Part shown: piece by piece, positions 60,608 through 64,000 of the stretch
Position numbering within the stretch: the stretch's first letter is position 1
How the letters are laid out: each line of letters begins with the position of its first letter
From: Vicinamibacterales bacterium
Lineage (GTDB): Bacteria > Acidobacteriota > Vicinamibacteria > Vicinamibacterales > UBA8438
DNA: 64,000 nucleotides
Assembly: GCA_965222905.1 (NCBI GenBank)
Contig: OZ244976.1
Coordinates: 7,376,488 to 7,440,487 of the forward strand
Direction of reading: 5' to 3'
Program-made: the position numbers and the translations under genes
The notes under the pieces: model-generated
Told to the model about the DNA's origin: nothing
The model's database searches: none
The model's input: the letters and a program-made list of their open reading frames with translations, nothing else

Positions 60608-62662
60608 TCACCCCATCCCCAGCGCCATGATGGCCGCCCTGGTGGGCGAGTCGAAGAACTGCCACTGCGTCGCGGTCAGAATCGCGTCCGGGACCTCCGC
60701 GACGTCGCGCTTGTTTTCGCTCGGGATCAGGATGCGCTTGGCGCCCGCCTCGACGGCGAGCTGCATGCGCTCGGGCAGCGCGTTGACCTTCAGCAGGAGG
60801 CCCTGGACGCTCATCTCGCCGAGGACGACGGTGCGGTCGAGGACCGGCTTGTCCAGAATCGACGACACGAGCGAGAGGAAGAAGGCGACGGCGGTCTCGG
60901 CGCCCTCCTGCGCCTGGTTGAGATTGATGGCTTGTACGGTGAAGTCGTAGGCCCTCAGGTCGTGATCGATTCCGAGGTTGTGGACGTTCGCCTTCAGGTA
61001 GGCCTCGGCGGTCTTGATGGCCTCCTTCATCTTGCCGGAGAGGTTGCCGAGCGGGATGATCCGCCCCGAGCCGCGGTTCATCTGTGTCTGGAGCAGGAAG
61101 AACGCCAGGCGGTTGTCCGCGCTGTCCGAACCGATGGTGTAGACGCTGCCGGGGGGCAGCCCGCCTTCGGCGATCAACGACCCGGCGCCCGTCTCGGGCA
61201 CGGGGACGAAGGTCTCCTGGCCGCTCTCCCTGTCGGTGTAGGAGAAGCTGGTGTCCCAGTACTCCAGCCCACCCATCTTCTTGAGCTGCTCCTTGACCCG
61301 CCTGCGCATCTCCAGCGCGTAGGCGAGGTACTCCTCGGCCTCTTCCCGGCTGACTTCTCCGTGCGGGTGCAGCAGCTTGACGAGCCCGGAGACGATCTTG
61401 CGCACTGCCTTCTGGTCGCGGCCGCCGAGATGGCTGCCGAAGCTGAAATAGCGCTCGGCGTAGTCGACGTAGCTCTGCTTGCGCAGCTCGCGGAAGACCT
61501 CGGCAAGGTAGTCGGTGACCACGCCGAAGTGGTCGGTGTAGGCGGCGTCCGACGTCTTCTGGAACTCCCAGCCGGGGATGTAGGCATGAATGCGGTCGTA
61601 GAACGCCGTGTCCATCTCCTTCGGCAGCGGATAGAAGAGGTTCGAGGTCCGCACGATGGTTTCGATGTCGCCGTCGATGTTGCCGACGAAGACGACCGAT
61701 CCCTCGGCGCTGATGATGTCCCGGCCGCGGCTAAAGGCGCCGTCCTCCATGTAGCCCTTCATGATGTTCAGGCCGCTCCTGTCGGTGAACCGGACCCCGG
61801 CCGCTTCGTCGAACGCGACGACGTCCCAGAGGCAGACCAGCCCGCGCTGTCCCGACGCGAGATTGACGAACATCTGTGCCGTCGTCGTCTGCCCGCCGGA
61901 CACCAGATGGCAGTAGGGACTGAGCTGCTGGTACACGAAGCTCTTTCCCGTACCGCGCGGGCCCAGCTCCACGGAGTTGAAGTTCTTCTCGACGAACGAC
62001 ACGAGGCGCAGCATGTAGTGCAACTTGCGCCTCCTGGTGTAATAGGGATGCTCCGGCTCGTAGCCCAGGGATCGCATCAGCAGGTCGAGCCACTGGTCGC
62101 GCGTGAAGCGGCGGCGTCCCTCCACGAAGCCGTCGAGCTTCCGCGAGGAGAGCTGAATCGGGCGGATGCTCGCGACGAAGAACGGTCGGTTCTGGTTCCT
62201 GAAGAGGTAGGAGTCGTCGTAGCGCAGCGTGATCTCGGCCCAGATCCCGCCCAACAACAGGCGGTCGTGCCGGCGCACCTCGCTCTCCTCGATGTTGATG
62301 TAGTCGAGGTCGAGATTGGAGAGCCGCGCCCAGTACTTGTCGTGGGTCTCGATCAGGCGCACGGAAATCTTGTCGATGATCTCGAACGAGGTGTGCTGCT
62401 TGATTGCCGACTTGACCGCTTCGCGCTCGTCCGGCTTGACGTACTTGCTTGCCAGCGTCTCCCGGACGAACTCGAGACCTTCGCGGATTGTCTCCTCGTC
62501 GGTGGAGGCGCAGTACTTGCCCAGCAGGAACTCGATGACGAACGCAGGCACGCCGAACGCGCTGCGCATGCGCCGCAGCAGGTCCTTGCGGACCACGAGC
62601 CCCGGATAGGCCTCCGTCGCCAGCATGTCGAGCTCGTCCAGCACGAATTCGTGGTCGCTCAT
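60608..62662 (-). CDS. brxL: BREX Lon-like AAA+ protein
   Basis: VVRKDL, VPAFVIEFLLGKYC, ELGPRGTGKS, VVAFDE, MKGYMEDG.FSRG, DTAFYDRIHAYIPGWE and a C-terminal Lon-like domain. Confidence 0.9.
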   Translation of the reverse strand: MSDHEFVLDELDMLATEAYPGLVVRKDLLRRMRSAFGVPAFVIEFLLGKYCASTDEETIREGLEFVRETLASKYVKPDEREAVKSAIKQHTSFEIIDKISVRLIETHDKYWARLSNLDLDYINIEESEVRRHDRLLLGGIWAEITLRYDDSYLFRNQNRPFFVASIRPIQLSSRKLDGFVEGRRRFTRDQWLDLLMRSLGYEPEHPYYTRRRKLHYMLRLVSFVEKNFNSVELGPRGTGKSFVYQQLSPYCHLVSGGQTTTAQMFVNLASGQRGLVCLWDVVAFDEAAGVRFTDRSGLNIMKGYMEDGAFSRGRDIISAEGSVVFVGNIDGDIETIVRTSNLFYPLPKEMDTAFYDRIHAYIPGWEFQKTSDAAYTDHFGVVTDYLAEVFRELRKQSYVDYAERYFSFGSHLGGRDQKAVRKIVSGLVKLLHPHGEVSREEAEEYLAYALEMRRRVKEQLKKMGGLEYWDTSFSYTDRESGQETFVPVPETGAGSLIAEGGLPPGSVYTIGSDSADNRLAFFLLQTQMNRGSGRIIPLGNLSGKMKEAIKTAEAYLKANVHNLGIDHDLRAYDFTVQAINLNQAQEGAETAVAFFLSLVSSILDKPVLDRTVVLGEMSVQGLLLKVNALPERMQLAVEAGAKRILIPSENKRDVAEVPDAILTATQWQFFDSPTRAAIMALGMG

Positions 62663-62676
62663 CGGCGTCTCGTTTA

Positions 62677-64000
62677 CTAGAGATCTCGTCCCACGGTCAG
62701 CTTGACGCCTCCGGGCGGGAACTGCTCCGTGGTCTCGACGTCGCGGATGTCCAGATCGAGAAGCTCTCCCGCGGAGAAAGACTGCGCCGAGTCAAAGAAG
62801 AGGGTGGCATTCTGTTCGCCTGCGTCCGCATCGACACGGACTTCCTTCGGGCGACCGACAGCGAGCACCGAAACGCGTGTTCCCTTCTCATCGGTCCGCA
62901 GCACGTCGAGGCGCAGGGTGCGTCCCGTCGCCGGGAAGAGCGCCATCTGCCCACCCGTCGCCGTGTCCGGCAGGGTGGGCCGCAGCGTGACCTTGACCGC
63001 CGCGCGCAGCAATTCGAACGTGGGCAGCACCACCTCGACGCCGATTCTCTTCCCGGCGGCGGCCTGACTGCGCGAGACCAGATGCGGGATGACCAGCTCC
63101 TGGAGCGCGGCGCCGCCGTGCGAGAAGGACTGCTCTGCCTGGAAGAAGGCGAGCCCCGGCGGCAGCGCCACGCGCAGCGTCGGGTCCCAGTCGAACGGGA
63201 GGCTCGCGACCGGCAGATCGGCTTCCGCCGGGACCAACGCGAACCGCGCCTTCCGGACCCGGCACCAGTCCTTGTCGCAGGGAACCTCGTCGGGGAGCCT
63301 GTCCTCGTCGAGCAGGATGAAGCCGTGATCGGTGACGACATGGACCTCCGGGTACCCCCAGCCAGGCAACTTGCGGACCAGTCGCGCGATGCGCTCGATC
63401 TCGAGGTGGACGTGGCGGACCAGGGTATCCGCGCTGCCATGCCCGAGGTGGTCGACCTCCTCGTGTCCGAAGACGACGAGCAGATCGCCGAGCGCATCGG
63501 GCGGGTTGGCGCGCGCTTCGAGATCGTCGATCGGCCGGCAATCCGCGCCGAACGCTTGTAGAAACGCGATGCGGGTGCTGCGCGCCGCGGCGTCCTTCCC
63601 GTCGATCCGCGGGTGCAGGCCGTTGCCCTTGACGTCGAAGGAAACCTCGGTTGCGGAAAGCGGCAGCAGCGCCGTCATGCCCACGGGCGTGACCGTCGGC
63701 AGCGCGGCCCGCAGGGGCTCCAGTTGCACGTCGAGATTCGGCAGCGCCTCGCGGACCAGGTGGGCGCAGTCGTAGCGCAGGGCGTCGACGACGAGCACCG
63801 CGCGCCTGCCCGGTGTCGTCCAGAGCCGCGCCTCGAGGTGCTCGGTGACGTAGGGCAACTTCGGGATGTCGGCGGTCCCACCGCCGACGTAGCGCTCGAA
63901 GAAGCGGCTGTTGAGGGTGTTCGTGTAGGTCGCGTAGGCGCGGTCCGCCACCGCGCTGACGGTCGGTTGATTCTGTTGCTCCGCATGCCGGCGTACCTCG
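62677..64000 (-). CDS. pglZ: PglZ-domain (alkaline phosphatase-like) BREX protein; 5' end beyond the window
   Basis: VVDALRYD, LPTVTPVGMTALLP, VTDHGF and FSHGG..LQE.VIP motifs. The frame is open to the window edge. Confidence 0.88.
   Translation of the reverse strand, partial: EVRRHAEQQNQPTVSAVADRAYATYTNTLNSRFFERYVGGGTADIPKLPYVTEHLEARLWTTPGRRAVLVVDALRYDCAHLVREALPNLDVQLEPLRAALPTVTPVGMTALLPLSATEVSFDVKGNGLHPRIDGKDAAARSTRIAFLQAFGADCRPIDDLEARANPPDALGDLLVVFGHEEVDHLGHGSADTLVRHVHLEIERIARLVRKLPGWGYPEVHVVTDHGFILLDEDRLPDEVPCDKDWCRVRKARFALVPAEADLPVASLPFDWDPTLRVALPPGLAFFQAEQSFSHGGAALQELVIPHLVSRSQAAAGKRIGVEVVLPTFELLRAAVKVTLRPTLPDTATGGQMALFPATGRTLRLDVLRTDEKGTRVSVLAVGRPKEVRVDADAGEQNATLFFDSAQSFSAGELLDLDIRDVETTEQFPPGGVKLTVGRDL

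Overview
High-GC bacterial accessory region made almost entirely of nested mobile elements, defence genes and decaying cargo. The PQQ beta-propeller genes, an ADOP-like permease remnant and the GC content suggest an Acidobacteria/Vicinamibacterales-like host; this is inference only. The most structured feature (11.9-20.6 kb, minus strand) is a nest aimed at conserved reverse-transcriptase motifs. A class E-like group II intron is cut immediately after the YADD codons by a class D (RmInt1-like) intron, whose EBS2 and EBS1 loops base-pair with those YADD codons. The class D RT gene is in turn split by two different large serine recombinase (LSR) elements, at the GIPTV and GTPQGGV motifs, and excision of the first would restore the reading frame. 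Other content: two RIT (triple tyrosine recombinase) elements, each abutting a truncated transposase gene; IS1634, IS256, IS630, IS66, IS21, IS4-DUF4338 and ISKra4-like elements, most with resolvable terminal repeats and target duplications; a twice-transposed 1.12 kb non-autonomous ISKra4 derivative; an AT-richer five-gene lipid-modification cluster (flavin halogenase-like, NTF2-like, CFA synthase, desaturase, hydrolase) split by IS/RIT DNA; AbiTii; a PIN toxin-antitoxin pair; a tRNA-Lys att fragment; an IS21-disrupted Ser/Thr kinase; and the brxL-pglZ end of a BREX locus. Many genes carry single indels or nonsense codons, which could be real decay or long-read error. Family names come from motif recognition, not database searches.
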